This document shows, in pieces, positions 37,960 to 52,242 of a DNA stretch of 64,000 bases. Below the pieces are notes generated by a model that was not told where the DNA came from, made no database searches, and saw nothing but the letters and a program-made list of their open reading frames with translations. The stretch's first letter is position 1. Every line of letters starts with the position of its first letter. The stretch comes from Octopus bimaculoides. Taxonomy: Eukaryota. Made by a program: the position numbers and the translations under genes. Location of the stretch: positions 27,691,060 to 27,755,059 of the forward strand of contig NC_068986.1 of assembly GCF_001194135.2 (NCBI RefSeq), given 5' to 3'.

Positions 37960-38873
37960 GCAAGGTACAAGCCTGGAGTGTCTGTAACAAGCTTCAGAAC
38001 ATCAGGCAGTCAATCATTTCAATGTCAACAGGCTCAGAACATGTCCAGAGAGCGTTCTTATTTATGGACCTGAAACCTGGTCTATGAAGATGGAGCTTTG
38101 AGATCACCCTTCGGTGGTATGTACAGCAGACTTCTTATGAAGGTTCAACATATATCATAGCACAAGCCCCCAAAACCTCAAAAGATGGTTTATGGACACA
38201 ATCCACCCAGCTCTACTGTTGTTGCTTTTGTGTTGAATAGGATTTCATATCAGATATTATATTTTGGACTGTTCTGCAACCTGTTACAGGATGAAAGCTA
38301 TACCATATATATCATATCTCATGGTGTAAGCACAAGACAAGAAGGATATTTATGGGTACATTTTGCTCATCTCTATTTTTTGATGCTCAACACAGGGTAG
38401 GCTTTACTGGCCATTTGCAGTGTTATTTCTTTACTACCCACAAGGGGCTACACACAGAGGGGACAAAGAAGGACAGACAAATGGATTAAGTCGATTATAT
38501 CGACCCCAGTGAGTAATTGGTACTTATTCAATCGACCTTGAAAGGATGAAAGGCAAAGTTGACCTCGGCGGAATTTGAACTCAGAACGTAGCGGCAGACG
38601 AAATACCGCTAAGCATTTCGCCCGGCGTGCTAACGTTTCTGCCAGCTCGCCATTTGCAGTGTGCTGAATAAAAGGTAATATCAGTTGTTAGATTTTGGGA
38701 GACTTCTGCATCTTAATAGAGGACAAATATCACTTAACTATCTTGATATTGTTGGCAGAGACAACACAACAACACTCCGTGAAATTGAAGACCTACCAAT
38801 GCTAATAGAGAACCAAGATTCCTGGCATGGTGTAGAGAAACACATCTTGGTTACAGCCTCATGAAGAAGAAGA
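37960..38873 (+). mobile_element. Decayed RTE LINE 3' fragment interrupted by two insertions
   Basis: QAWSVCNKL / ESVLIYGPETW / MYSRLLMKVQHIS*H...VYGHNPPSSTVVA | QHRVGFTGH | AE*KVIS...NYLDIVGRD...EDLPMLIENQDSW, ending in a GAAGAAGAAG tail. Confidence 0.85.
38424..38648 (-). mobile_element. tRNA-derived SINE family D with 14-bp target-site duplication
   Basis: TSD GCCATTTGCAGTGT at 38410-38423 and 38649-38662. A-box-like TGGCAGAAACG, B-box-like GAGTTCAAATTCC, central TTGCCTTTCATCCTTTC...AAGTACC domain. Confidence 0.92.
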
Positions 38874-39516
38874 CTACCGTCGTTATTTGGCAAGTGATGT
38901 GGTTAACCAACAAGCAGTGGCAATGATGTAGCTTAACAACTGTAGAGGAATACTTTTCCATGGTTACCCATTTATTACCTAACAGTTATACATAGAACAT
39001 ATTTACATTGCCTTTTACTCGTAGGGATGATCTTCCTTCCCTCCCATAGTCTTAATTCATTTGTTTTCCGTTTTTCCTTGTTTCATGTTTATATGATTTT
39101 GGTTATGTACATTCGTTCTCTTGCTTATATTTTGTTTATTGTTTCATCTTCTTTTTCGTTTCCCCATATTCGATGTCATTTTGTAGATTTATAAATCTAT
39201 CGTATAGCAATGATATGAAAAGCAATATGGATGGGTGATTATTCTCTATGTGCGTGTATATATATATATCTCTCTCTCTGAGACATACACACATATCACA
39301 CACATTTTATGTACACATAAACATTCACTTACAAGCACACATATGCAGATGCAACTACAATATACATGCATGTTTGTATGTGTGTGTGTGTTCACCCACA
39401 CGTGTGCATGCACACACATAATTATGCATGCATGTAATGTATATGCACATGTATATATACAAACACAGATGCTTGTTTTTGTGTGTGTGTCTGTGTGTGT
39501 GTGTATATATATAATG

Positions 39517-39547
<31 letters not shown>

Positions 39548-39825
39548 GTATATATATATATGTATATATATATATGTATATATATATATGTATATATATA
39601 TATGTATATATATATGTATATATATATATGTATATATATATATGTNNNNNNNNNNNNNNNNNNNNNNNNNNNNNNNNNNNNNNNNNNNNNNNNNNNNNNN
39701 NNNNNNNNNNNNNNNNNNNNNNNNNNNNNNNNNNNNNNNNNNNNNNNNNNNNNNNNNNNNNNNNNNNNNNNNNNNNNNNNNNNNNNNNNNNNNNNNNNNN
39801 NNNNNNNNNNNNNNNNNNNNNNNNN

Positions 39826-39877
<52 letters not shown>

Positions 39878-41378
39878 TACACCCTCTTTCTCTTTCACTT
39901 GTGTTCTTGTACTTAAAGCAGTATACGAACTGGAAACATGTGCATATCTGCTTATATATAGACATGTATATACAACTCACAAGCAATTACTAACATGGAT
40001 AAGCAGAGCGACACACACACACATTCCCCACAAATGTATATATCTACTACCCCACCAGCCAACACACACACACACACACATACACACATGCTAGCCATTT
40101 GTGTACATTAAATGAATGAGTATGGATAGTATAATAGGTGAGTGAGCTTCTTAATTCTTCTGAGACAATCTCCAATGCTGAATTGATAGAGGAATGGTGG
40201 CCTGTCTTTACCTCCACCACCACCATCGATACCAAGACCTAGCAAACCCACCACATCTTTCCACACACCATTCCTTTCTCCCCCCTCTGACTTTCCTTCT
40301 CCAAACACCCAAAGCCTCACCACCACCACCACCACTACCAAGATGAGGTCCTGTTCTTATTTATCTCCTACTACCCTTCCCTCCCGCCCTCAGCTATACC
40401 CTCACCCCTACTCCATTTGTTGAAACTGACTCCTGCTGCTATAAATCTCTATATGTAATCCCCTTTGCTAGTTNNNNNNNNNNNNNNNNNNNNNNNNNNN
40501 NNNNNNNNNNNNNNNNNNNNNNNNNNNNNNNNNNNNNNNNNNNNNNNNNNNNNNNNNNNNNNNNNNNNNNNNNNNNNNNNNNNNNNNNNNNNNNNNNNNN
40601 NNNNNNNNNNNNNNNNNNNNNNNNNNNNNNNNNNNNNNNNNNNNNNNNNNNNNNNNNNNNNNNNNNNNNNNNNNNNNNNNNNNNNNNNNNNNNNNNNNNN
40701 NNNNNNNNNNNNNNNNNNNNNNNNNNNNNNNNNNNNNNNNNNNNNNNNNNNNNNNNNNNNNNNNNNNNNNNNNNNNNNNNNNNNNNNNNNNNNNNNNNNN
40801 NNNNNNNNNNNNNNNNNNNNNNNNNNNNNNNNNNNNNNNNNNNNNNNNNNNNNNNNNNNNNNNNNNNNNNNNNNNNNNNNNNNNNNNNNNNNNNNNNNNN
40901 NNNNNNNNNNNNNNNNNNNNNNNNNNNNNNNNNNNNNNNNNNNNNNNNNNNNNNNNNNNNNNNNNNNNNNNNNNNNNNNNNNNNNNNNNNNNNNNNNNNN
41001 NNNNNNNNNNNNNNNNNNNNNNNNNNNNNNNNNNNNNNNNNNNNNNNNNNNNNNNNNNNNNNNNNNNNNNNNNNNNNNNNNNNNNNNNNNNNNNNNNNNN
41101 NNNNNNNNNNNNNNNNNNNNNNNNNNNNNNNNNNNNNNNNNNNNNNNNNNNNNNNNNNNNNNNNNNNNNNNNNNNNNNNNNNNNNNNNNNNNNNNNNNNN
41201 NNNNNNNNNNNNNNNNNNNNNNNNNNNNNNNNNNNNNNNNNNNNNNNNNNNNNNNNNNNNNNNNNNNNNNNNNNNNNNNNNNNNNNNNNNNNNNNNNNNN
41301 NNNNNNNNNNNNNNNNNNNNNNNNNNNNNNNNNNNNNNNCTTAATCTTTATTTTTGATTTTGTAGCCTTGTGCTGATT

Positions 41379-41438
<60 letters not shown>

Positions 41439-42129
41439 GGTGGTGGTGGTGGTGGTGGTGGTGGTACCATACTGAAGAAGTACAAGATGGTGAACAAGAA
41501 CATGCAGTCATCATCATTGTTTAACATCCGTTTCCCATGCTGGCATTGATTGCATGGCTTGACAGCAAACCCCAGGGCCATGCTGAACTCTAATGTCAGC
41601 TCTGACTTGCTTTCTAATACTAACCACTACATTAATAACTAGGACATGTCAGTAGGCTTGCATCTCGGCATCTGGAGAAAACATGTCCATGCTGGCTGAC
41701 ATTGTGAGATGCTGAACAGACAGCCCTGTTAAAATGTTTAGAGTATGGTTCCAGCCAGATATCCTCAAAATCATTTGATGCTTTTAGCAATCCCTTGGAT
41801 AGCCAATATGGACTCCAAAGTCCTGATCTTGTGGTTTTGTAGTAAGAGATTGTATGGTGGTCAACATCGAAAAGACTGAAAAGGGCTTGACCACCTTAGA
41901 TAAGCCCTTACTAACTTCTTTAGTGAATTTACTGGCAGACAGGGTGAGAGAGATCCCAAGTAGATGAGCCTACTCTCAGCATATGTCATCTTGTTTTGAA
42001 TTCAGCTTGCAAGGAGAGATGACTGTACTGATATGGATAAGAAATGAAAGGGAAAAATCAAGTGTTGAAAAAACAAAACAAAAAACAGTGTTACATAATC
42101 TTGGTACAGGGTATCATGTGGGAGATAAA

Positions 42130-42320
42130 GATTGAGGAAAACGTGAGAAGATGCAGCGAAGTCAGATCTCATGATATGAGCTTTTCAGGAAAGATGACGA
42201 AAGACAAAAAACAATTGTTAATATTTGTATGTACAGCAAACTCATCAAACCCATGCCAGCATGGAAAAACAGATGTTAAAATATTGATGGTGATTATGTT
42301 AATGGTGGTGATGATGATGT
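42130..42320 (+). mobile_element. Decayed RTE 3' end
   Basis: Reads VRSHDMSFSGKMTKDKKQL...SNPCQHGKTDVK. Ends in CCCATGCCAGCATGGAAA and a GAT-like tail. Confidence 0.55.
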
Positions 42321-42954
42321 GTGCATTTAAGAATGTATATTCATATGTCCATGTGGGATGTCTGTGTGTGTGTCTGTGTGTGTGTCTGTATGTGAAATGT
42401 ATGTGTATGTGTGTGTGTGTGTGTGTGTTTATGCAGATTTGTATATACATTTGTATGCGTGTAACTGAATCTGCACAAATGTGTATATACTTACATGTTA
42501 TTATGTAAGGTTGTGGAAAGTGTTTCAGCTATATGGCCATCTGTGCGTGCGTGCGTGCACATAAGTGCGTGTGTGTGTGCATGTTATTTCATGCAGTTGG
42601 GTGTATTGAGATTGTATGTGTGGGTATTTCTGTATTGCTACGGGGGAAGGAACTGGCATATTTCCACCAGACATTTCACAGGGGTTCAAAATTAACAAGC
42701 TTGACCTTTATTGTAAACAGCAGGAAACACAAGAGTGTGTGGGTGGGACTTTGGGGTATGTGGTTCAGTCTTTTTCTCTAGTGATTGTATCTGTCTTTAT
42801 GCATCTATATGTGTACATGCTAACACTCACGTGTGCAAGTATGTTTACATTTGTCTCTGTGTATGTATATATGTTTGTGCGTGTGTGTATATATATACAT
42901 ATATACATATATATAATGTTTATATGTATATATTTATATATATGTATATGTATA

Positions 42955-43053
<99 letters not shown>

Positions 43054-43798
43054 ACATTTGTAAATGAGTGTATCCATATATATATGTGTGTGTATGTGTG
43101 CATATATGTATATGAGTAAATGCATATATGAGTGTGTGTGCATGCACATATATGTATATGACTATGTGCATATATATATTTATATATATGTATGCATATT
43201 TATATATGAGTATACACACACACGCACACACACACACACACATATATATGCATGTTGATATGTATGTGTTTATATGTATATGATTGTTTATATACATATG
43301 TATATATGTTCCTGCTTTATGTCAAAAGCCAATATGAGAATTTTTCTAATGGCAACTACCACAGTATAGTCTGTTCTAACAGAACATCCGCGTTTAAGTG
43401 GAGATAAACAATACATACATACATACATACATACATACATACATACATACATACATACACACACATATATATATATATANNNNNNNNNNNNNNNNNNNNN
43501 NNNNNNNNNNNNNNNNNNNNNNNNNNNNNNNNNNNNNNNNNNNNNNNNNNNNNNNNNNNNNNNNNNNNNNNNNNNNNNNNNNNNNNNNNNNNNNNNNNNN
43601 NNNNNNNNNNNNNNNNNNNNNNNNNNNNNNNNNNNNNNNNNNNNNNNNNNNNNNNNNNNNNNNNNNNNNNNNNNNNNNNNNNNNNNNNNNNNNNNNNNNN
43701 NNNNNNNNNNNNNNNNNNNNNNNNNNNNNNNNNNNNNNNNNNNNNNNNNNNNNNNNNNNNNNNNNNNNNNNNNNNNNNNNNNNNNNNNNNNNNNNNNN

Positions 43799-43828
<30 letters not shown>

Positions 43829-43833
<5 letters not shown>

Positions 43834-44095
43834 CAGGGGCCACACTTAGTTCTATTGGCTGTTTTCGATTGGTTTCTCTGGCTGGATGCCCTTCCTAATG
43901 CCAACCACTCTACAAAGTGTACCAGGTGCTTTTTACATAGCCACAACACCCACACCAATGCTGTTTATGTGGCACCTTCATTTTGGGATCTCAGTTCTGT
44001 TGTGGTGAGCGAGTCTCTTGTGTACAGCAGTGTGCTACATATCTTAGTCCTCTGTCATCTCCTTCGTATGATTCAGAGTTTTGAGACAACCTCCT
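43829..44095 (-). mobile_element. RTE LINE 3' end: ORF C-terminus followed by family C UTR
   Basis: The minus strand reads CLKTLNHTKEMTED*DM*HTAV (RTE DLKxLxLTKEMTxDRDxWRxAV motif), then AAAAAGCACC...GAGTGGTTGGCATTAGGAAGGGCATCCAGC. Confidence 0.75.
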
Positions 44096-44847
44096 AGATA
44101 TTCTGTTGGATCAAAAGTGAGAGGGCTAAGAAGGTGACTCTATGTCTATTCATTGCTACATAGGCCCTTAAAACAATTAACAGAGGCAAAGTATATGTTA
44201 TCAAGTCATACTCTCTTGTGAGTGACAGCTATGCCTTTTCTTCAATCTAATTACGAAACAGCTTTTCTTTTAAAAGCATGGCTGTGCTTTTGATTATTAT
44301 TATTATTATTATTATTATTTTTTCATGATTTGGGGTTTTTCTTATTTTTATTCTGAGCCCAGTATACTGATGGCGTACGTGATGAAACTTATTTGATCGC
44401 TGGTATACCACTGGAGACTTCGTCTTCATGTAATGCACCATGATCAGATCGACTTCAACCTCAAGCATTAACCACAAGAGGGAGGTGTTGCACTCATTAG
44501 CTTGCTAACAAAACACACTTGTCAGTATTACAGTGCTAATGCTGCTTATAAGGGATGATATGTAATCCCTTGTGGTACCTGTCAGTTATGTATCTTGGTC
44601 AACACTCAGCTGGTGACAGCATGTTATAACCATTGACACTTCAGCTGGTTCAACTTCCTATTTATCAATTTGGCCTTCTGTGACTTTGAGTGCTACTCCT
44701 TAGAAGCATGATATGAGATTCTTTTTGAATATTTTTACTGTGGATTTGGTTTTTGCTGATACACACACACGCACATATTCATGTATGTATCTGTCTATAA
44801 GGATTATTGGTTTGGGTGTTACACTCATAACCATAAGCTATAGGTTA

Positions 44848-44893
<46 letters not shown>

Positions 44894-46721
44894 CACAGTC
44901 TGCCCAGAAAATGTATACACACTTCAGGAAAGGAAAAAAATCTTTATAAATGTTTGACTTGGTATAAGTACCTCTATAAATATAAATACCTCTTTTGATG
45001 TTTTATCAGATTGCAATAGCACTGAATGAAAATATTTATACAGATTTTTCCTTTCCTGAAGTGTGTATACATCCTTTTGGTGGACACACGAGTGTATATG
45101 AAAGGTTTAGTTGTGTGGTTAAGAAGTTCGCTTCACAAACATGTGGCTTCAGGTTCAGTCCCACTGTGCAGCATTCTTGGGCAATTTTTGATAATTTTTG
45201 GTTGATGGAAACTGAAGGAAGCTTATTGTGTGTTTGTAAATATTGATGTCCCATGGTTTCACTTAAGTGGAATAGTGAAATGATGTTTACATTTCTTGTT
45301 GCTTTGCACTTTCAAAGACATGGATAAAGAATAAAACTGTTTTTTGAAAAACAATTAAAGGTTGGCAGCTAGAAGAGCACCCAAACATAAAATTCTGCTT
45401 CAGATATGCCCCTCCCTGTGGTCCAACCCATGCTAGCATGGAACAATGGACGTTAACAAATGAATATATTATATATATACATATTCCTTAAAGAAAACAC
45501 TTGTGCATTTCAGGCCTAATTTTCTGTTTCTAGTTATTGCTAAATTAGAAATAAATGAAGTTTTAAGCCAAACTTGAATGTTTACTGAAGCATGGCTCAT
45601 TTTCTTGAGATATTCAGATTAAATTTTAGTGTTTAATTAAATCTACCAAAGTCTTCTTTGTTGTCTTTGTTCCTTGTTGGTTGTTGTTGTTGTTGTTTCA
45701 ATTTCAATTTATATTTTATTCTGAGTTTTTTTTTTTTCCAAAATGATATATTCCATTATTTTCAATATATTTTGTTGTAGATGTATTTGAAATGTTCAAG
45801 ACACATTTATATAATACATTCATAGTTCTTGTGTGCTTGCTTGCATATGCAGGCTTTGTAAAGAAACGCATATGCATCACATATGAATTAAACTGGACTA
45901 ATATTTATGTATGTATATGCACAACACAAACACACTTGCACACACACACACACACACACACAGCTTCATGCACACATGTGTCTGAAGTGGGGAGAAAGAG
46001 GAGATGAACAATTTAATAGTAATTAGAAAGTTTATTAATATGAAATCTATTGATCTGTTTGTTCTGGATATCAATGTATCTTAATTGATAAAATGTTTGG
46101 GCTAAGAACAGGAAGTTATTTTAGTGAAGCTGGAAATGTTCACTTGATAGTTAGAGCTGTTGGGTATGAGGTAAATATCTCTTGGTCGAACAAAATCTAT
46201 GATCTGATTTTAATTCTCTGATCGAACTATTTCACTTCCCCATCAATGTTAATTTTCTCAGGAAAGCTTGCATTTCATGTCTTTTATTTTCTCTTCACTT
46301 TGATGTGAATTATAGAAAGCCAGGTTACATGCAGGCTGTGTAAGCTTATTTGGTTTCTCGTTGTTCTGAATTTAAATCCTGCCAAGTCTATAGCTACCTT
46401 TTAACTTACTGATGATGATGATGATGATGTGTGTGTGTGTGTGTGTGTGCATGCATGCATACCCATCTACACACATTTATGCATGTGTGTGTATGTGGAG
46501 AGAGAGAGAGAGAAAGAAAGAGAGGGTAGTAAGGTAAATTAACACAGGCTTGGTACATATAGTTGCAGATTACTGAGTAATGCAAACAATTATGTAGTGT
46601 CTCATCTCAACAGCTGTTTCAAGATGGCCATAATTTCATACTAGTCATATTGATAAGTAATATGTGCATGATGCCATAGGTATGCACCCAGCAACAAGTC
46701 CAGATAAAGTTGTCAGAGTTA

Positions 46722-46941
46722 GGCCTCCTTTTCAAGGGTAATGTGTGTTTATGTGTATCGCTAGCCACTACGCATTCTTTATTTTCTCTCCTTGTTTCTT
46801 TCTGTGTTCCTTTCTGTGGAAGAGCGTACGCTCGAAACGTTAAAAACTTCTTCACTTCCCGAGCGTTAAACTAATACATCTGTTTGTTGTCTTCACCACC
46901 TATCTTCATCTTTTGTGTTTTTGTGAATTCTCCCCCTATAC
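46722..46941 (+). mobile_element. Penelope-like pseudo-LTR remnant with degenerate minimal hammerhead motif
   Basis: CTGTGGA-A-GAGC-GTAC-GCTC-GAAACGTTA at 46814-46842 (core CUGANGA with A6>U, 4-bp stem II, palindromic AACGTT), in a T-rich context ending at (TA)n and a gap. Confidence 0.55.
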
Positions 46942-47119
46942 NNNNNNNNNNNNNNNNNNNNNNNNNNNNNNNNNNNNNNNNNNNNNNNNNNNNNNNNNNN
47001 NNNNNNNNNNNNNNNNNNNNNNNNNNNNNNNNNNNNNNNNNNNNNNNNNNNNNNNNNNNNNNNNNNNNNNNNNNNNNNNNNNNATATATATATATATATA
47101 CATATACATACATACATGC

Positions 47120-47166
<47 letters not shown>

Positions 47167-47237
47167 CATACATGCATACATATATATACACACAATATAC
47201 ATACATACACACATATATATATGTGTATGTGTGTGTT

Positions 47238-47287
<50 letters not shown>

Positions 47288-48500
47288 CACACACATGCAC
47301 ACACGTACACATGCATGTGTGCATGCATATTTACATCCCACAAATACATTAGCTTACATAGAACATTGGCTTGGATTAAATTTAATTGTATGATTAGTGT
47401 TCTATGATGAGTATTCTAGACTTAATTACGAGGCCTTGTCTCTTGAAGACTTGAAGACTTAAAATACTTGCCCCCTATTTTGAAAGTGCGTTTGTTAAAA
47501 GAATTTCATTCGAGTCGAATGAGGAACTGAATTACTTTAAAACTTCCTCTTTGGAAGTTTTAATGTAATTTGTCCATCACATTCAATTTGTGATGGACAT
47601 ATTAAATAACAATTATTTGTTACCATGACGAAAATGTTAAAAGAAAAAAAAGATGATAATTGAAACAGCATCTTTTTTATTTTTACTTCTGCAACTATGC
47701 TTATTGTAGTATTGTACTGTCAACAACTTAAAATGAAGACTGTGCGAAAGATAAGAAAGTAATATCAAATTATTTCACTATAGATGTATCTCTTCTCATT
47801 ATAGAGTAAATGTCAAAATCTGTCTTTAGCTGTCAGCTGTTTTCTAAGATGCGATGAAAAGATATATAACAATATCTGAAAAGTCTGATTTTCATGTCCT
47901 TCACTTTGAATAAAATATATCATTAGCATCAACATCTATTTGACTGAATTAGCAAAAACGGAAGATGAAAAACAAAAAGACAAAAAAAAGAACATGAAAA
48001 TAAACCAACAACTAAACATCACATAATCTCTGAAACATTATTAGCAATCTGTTAATGAAGGCACTTGTTAAAATCCATTAGACCTACTAAGTGATATGTC
48101 AGGATAATCTACTGTGTAGTTTATCAAGAGCTGAAAAGCTATTATGTAAAGTATTTTTAATGAGTTGTAAGTAATGATTTGCAAATAAGCCAACAGAAGT
48201 TCACACTGGCAGATAGAAAACCAGTTCATCATAGAATTTCTTTGCTAATTTAAACAGCTTCCTCCAAAGTAGCACAAAGTTGTCTCTTTAGATTTTCTTT
48301 CTTAAGCTGATTCACCACAAGAATCAAATGCTTATTGATAAACACATGAGCTTATACTGCGAGATACAAGGTGTCATTAAGTTCTGGAGTTTTGTGGTTG
48401 TATTTAAACTCGTTGCACTTTCAGCTATATCGTTGCACTACTAGTTTTCATGCAGTCTCTTATATATATTTTTTTTTACACATTTCTACATATTTTCATA

Positions 48501-48885
48501 GTGGAGGTGCAATGGCCCAGTGGTTAGGGCAGCGGACTCGTGGTCATAGGATCGCGGTTTCGATTCCCAGACTGGGCGTTGTGAGTGTTTATTGAGCGAA
48601 AACACCTAAAAGCTCCACGACGCTCTGGCAGGGGATGGTGGCGAACCCTGCTGTACTCTTCCACCACAACTTTCTCTCACTCTTACTTCCTGTTTCTGTT
48701 GTGCCTGTAATTCAAAGGATCAGCCTTGTCACACTGTGTCACACTGAATATCCCCGAGAACTACGTTAAGGGTACACGTGTCTGTGGAGTGCTCAGCCAC
48801 TTGCACATTAATTTCACGAGCAGGCTGTTCCGTTAATCGGATCAACTGGAACCCTCGACGTCATAAGCGACGGAGTGCAACAACA
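48501..48885 (+). mobile_element. tRNA-derived SINE family B, full length with TSD
   Basis: A box TGGCCCAGTGG (48513-48523), B box GGTTTCGATTCCC (48556-48568), CAACAAC tail. TSD ACATATTTTCAT(T)AGTG at 48488-48503 and 48884-48900. Confidence 0.92.
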
Positions 48886-50639
48886 TATTTTCATTAGTGT
48901 TTGATTGATAATATCTTTTGTTTATTTAATTTTTATCATACATTTCTCTGACAGTCTGACTGGTTAACAAATGCCTAATGGATACTCTTAACGCTCTAAC
49001 TGGTCTCATTCATTGCACTGTGGACATGCTGTGACACTGACTTAATTTCTTTCAAAAATTTTAACAAAAGATTATTCATTTAACTTAAACGATGGTGCAT
49101 CTTTGTGATTTGATCAGCTGGGTGCCTTTCTATCTTTGGCTAGAAGAGACAGTGGGTGGCTAATTACTCCTCTGTTACAGGATTCTTCTGGTAAGAAGAA
49201 GAAATGAATAAGTCTGTCATGATAGCTTACCCTGATGGGGTAACAGCAAACTATCTGCTGTTATTGGTTGACTGTCTGTCTGTTACAGTCATATGACTGG
49301 ATGCACAAGGCACAGTGTGTACTGCACTTGCAACTAAGTTTTGTTTGTATTCAATTAGAAGCTAATCAAATACATCCGGTTTCATGTTTTTATTTCATTT
49401 TTTTAATTGAAAAATTTATAATTATTTTGTGTTCAATTATTTTTCCCTGAATTTAATTTCAGAAATCTCTTGATGCCTGGTACTTTTCCCTAATTTTTTT
49501 ATCACTGATACATCACTTGAAAACTGTGTTTTAATTCTTGTCATGTTACACAACAGTGATGGTTGTTAATTCCTGATGAGGGTTTCTTGCAACTTTGTAG
49601 GACATGCATATTTTTCTTTTTAATTGTTTCTTTGTAATGCCCATCTATGAGGAAGACACTGCAAGTGAGAGGTGTATCAGCACTTTGTTATTAAAGATAG
49701 TGGCTTGATGGAATCAACAGAACAGTATCAAAATGCCTTGCAGTGCTTACATCTCATTGTCCTGAGATCAAATCCTGCTAAGGTTGACTTTATCATTCAT
49801 CCTTCTGTATGTAGTCAGTGAAATAAATACACAATCAAGTACTGGGGTAAATCTGTGATAGGAAGTATGTTTAGCTCTTACTCCATGGAAACCCAGTATA
49901 CTTGGTTCTGTACATGGGCACTTGAGACATGGGAACTTGTTTTTGCTTGTAGAGTACTTTCCAGAATTCTCCACATTTCATGTGATGTAGTACACACATT
50001 TTATTTTTGTTCTAACCAATTTTTTATCTGCATGTTAGTGCACAAAACTTTAATGAACACACTGAGGGTTAAAGACATTACTTTTTTTTTATTGTTTTGC
50101 GAATAAATCATTTAGTTTGTGATGCTACTTTAGCTACAATTTCTCTTTCAATAGATTTTAATAAGAACTATTATTTACCTACAAAATAGATATTGTCATC
50201 TAGGGAGACTTTAGCTAATGTGTTGAAGCATACTAACATCTACAAATGAAGATGTATGTATATCAGTATATGTGTGTGCAGAATGTTTTTGTACACATAA
50301 CACACACACACACACACTCTCTCAAACTCTCTCCCTTACAAACTCTCTCCCTCTCTCTCTCACACACACACACTCATACACATGCTCACACACACTTGTT
50401 CTATACAGTATTAAGCAGAAGAGCTAAAGTTTTTACACTTAAATCTACCTATTTGTGTGTGTGTGTTTGTGTTTTTTTCTGCCTTGAATTCTGCCTTGTA
50501 CAAAGTTTTCAGATGTAAAAGCACATTTGTTACCATAGATTTAAATTATTAAAATCCTTAATACAAATCTTCACCCTCTATGACCTGTGTTGAGTGCATT
50601 TCTCTTTGGGTTGTACTCCTCCTTCATGTATATGTTTTC

Positions 50640-50690
<51 letters not shown>

Positions 50691-51141
50691 GACTCTCACA
50701 CTGTTTCTCACACCTACCGTTTATTAATTCTTGTACTGGCTTCAGTCATTAGTCTACAGCTAAAGATTTTAATCCATCATATCAACCCCAGTGCATAGCC
50801 TTAAACCTTTGCCTGTCCATAACATTTTTTATCAGTTTGTCCTAAGGATCTATGCTTGCTTTCAAACTTTTAGTTAGCTCTTGTTTCATATGTTCTGAGT
50901 AATATAAAGTTTTCCATTCATAAATTCCAAGTTACTCAAATGGTTGAAAACAACTGGGAATGTATATCATATCCAATGTATTGACACCAGGGAAATATGT
51001 CCTGTGTGTCTTGTGATCATACAGGACAGGCAAACGGTTAACAGACAAAAGGTAATTTGGATTTGGGCATAAAAGGACATAACTAGTATGGAACTATGTG
51101 GTTGCCTGCTGATCTGTTCTACCAAATAGTCATACAACTTA

Positions 51142-51548
51142 ACTCTTTTTTTTTTACTTGTTTCAGTCTTTTGACTGTGGTCATGCTGGAGCACCGCCTT
51201 TAGTCGAGCGAATCGACCCCAGGACTTATTGTTTGGAAGCCTAGTACTTATTCTATCGGTCTCTTTTGCCAAACCGCTAAGTTACGGGGACGTAAACACA
51301 CCAGCATCGGCTATCAAGCGATGTTGGGGGGACAAACACATACACACACACACATATATATATATATATATTTATACATATATACAATGGGCTTCTTTTC
51401 AGTTTCCGTCTACCAAATCCACTCACAAGGCTTTGGTCGGCCCAAGGCTATAGTAGAAGACACTTGCCCAAGATGCCACGCAGTGGGGCTGAACCCGGAA
51501 CCATGTGGTTGGTAAGCAAGCTACTTACCACACAGCCACTCCTGCACC
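51142..51548 (-). mobile_element. SINE family A, full length
   Basis: Reverse complement is colinear with 34852-35272. Confidence 0.92.
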
Positions 51549-51566
51549 TATGTTGACCAAATATCT

Positions 51567-51759
51567 TTAACACTTTTGTTACCATATTTCTGTCAGAATA
51601 CACTATCTTTGTTTCAATACATTTTGAAAATAATGAAGAATTTGATGGAATAACAAATGAAATTTTGATGGGAGGCTTAAATTTAGATGTCTTTAAAACA
51701 GTGAATTTGAATTATAGGACAAGGGGCATTCACAGGTAGATTGGTATTGGAAGGATTAA
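51567..51759. mobile_element. TTAA-flanked MITE, second copy
   Basis: TTAA-CACTTTTGTTACCATATTT ... TTGGTATTGGAAGGA-TTAA, homologous to 5676-5905. Confidence 0.6.
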
Positions 51760-52008
51760 CCTGACCACTTTATGACAATGTCGAGTGTATGTTTGTGTGT
51801 GTGTGTGTGTGCGTGTGTGCGTGTGTAATATATATTTTCTGAAATGAGATGGAAATGAAAATGTAATCATAGGTAGTTAGGATGATTTTTTTTTGTTGTA
51901 TCTCATATTTCAATGTCTATGCGTGTATATACACAAATAGATACATACACATTCATATTTACATCTATCAATCTATCTATTTAGCCATACATACCATACA
52001 AACACACG

Positions 52009-52045
<37 letters not shown>

Positions 52046-52242
52046 ACATCCTGAATATATTTCATAAATTGCAAGATACATTATGCAGAACAAAGGAAAA
52101 TTAATATATGGCATGGTTGGGTAGAGGTGGGTATAGAAATATAAACGAAATTAAATAACAGCAGTAACAACAACAACAACATGTTTCTGTGGTAATTCTG
52201 ATTAATTTGTCTGGATTTCACTAAAAGTTTTCTTTGTCTACA

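Noticed and set aside
44363-44402. Candidate 40-bp exon YTDGVRDETYLIA (similar weak candidates at 49144-49190 and 10926-10985)
   Set aside because: Short, with weak or ambiguous splice signals and no consistent reading-frame chain. Needs RNA evidence.
48501-48575. tRNA-like sequence (also heads at 34852, 19420, 38648)
   Set aside because: The A/B boxes run into SINE bodies with tails and TSDs, and no complete cloverleaf forms. These are SINE heads, not tRNA genes.
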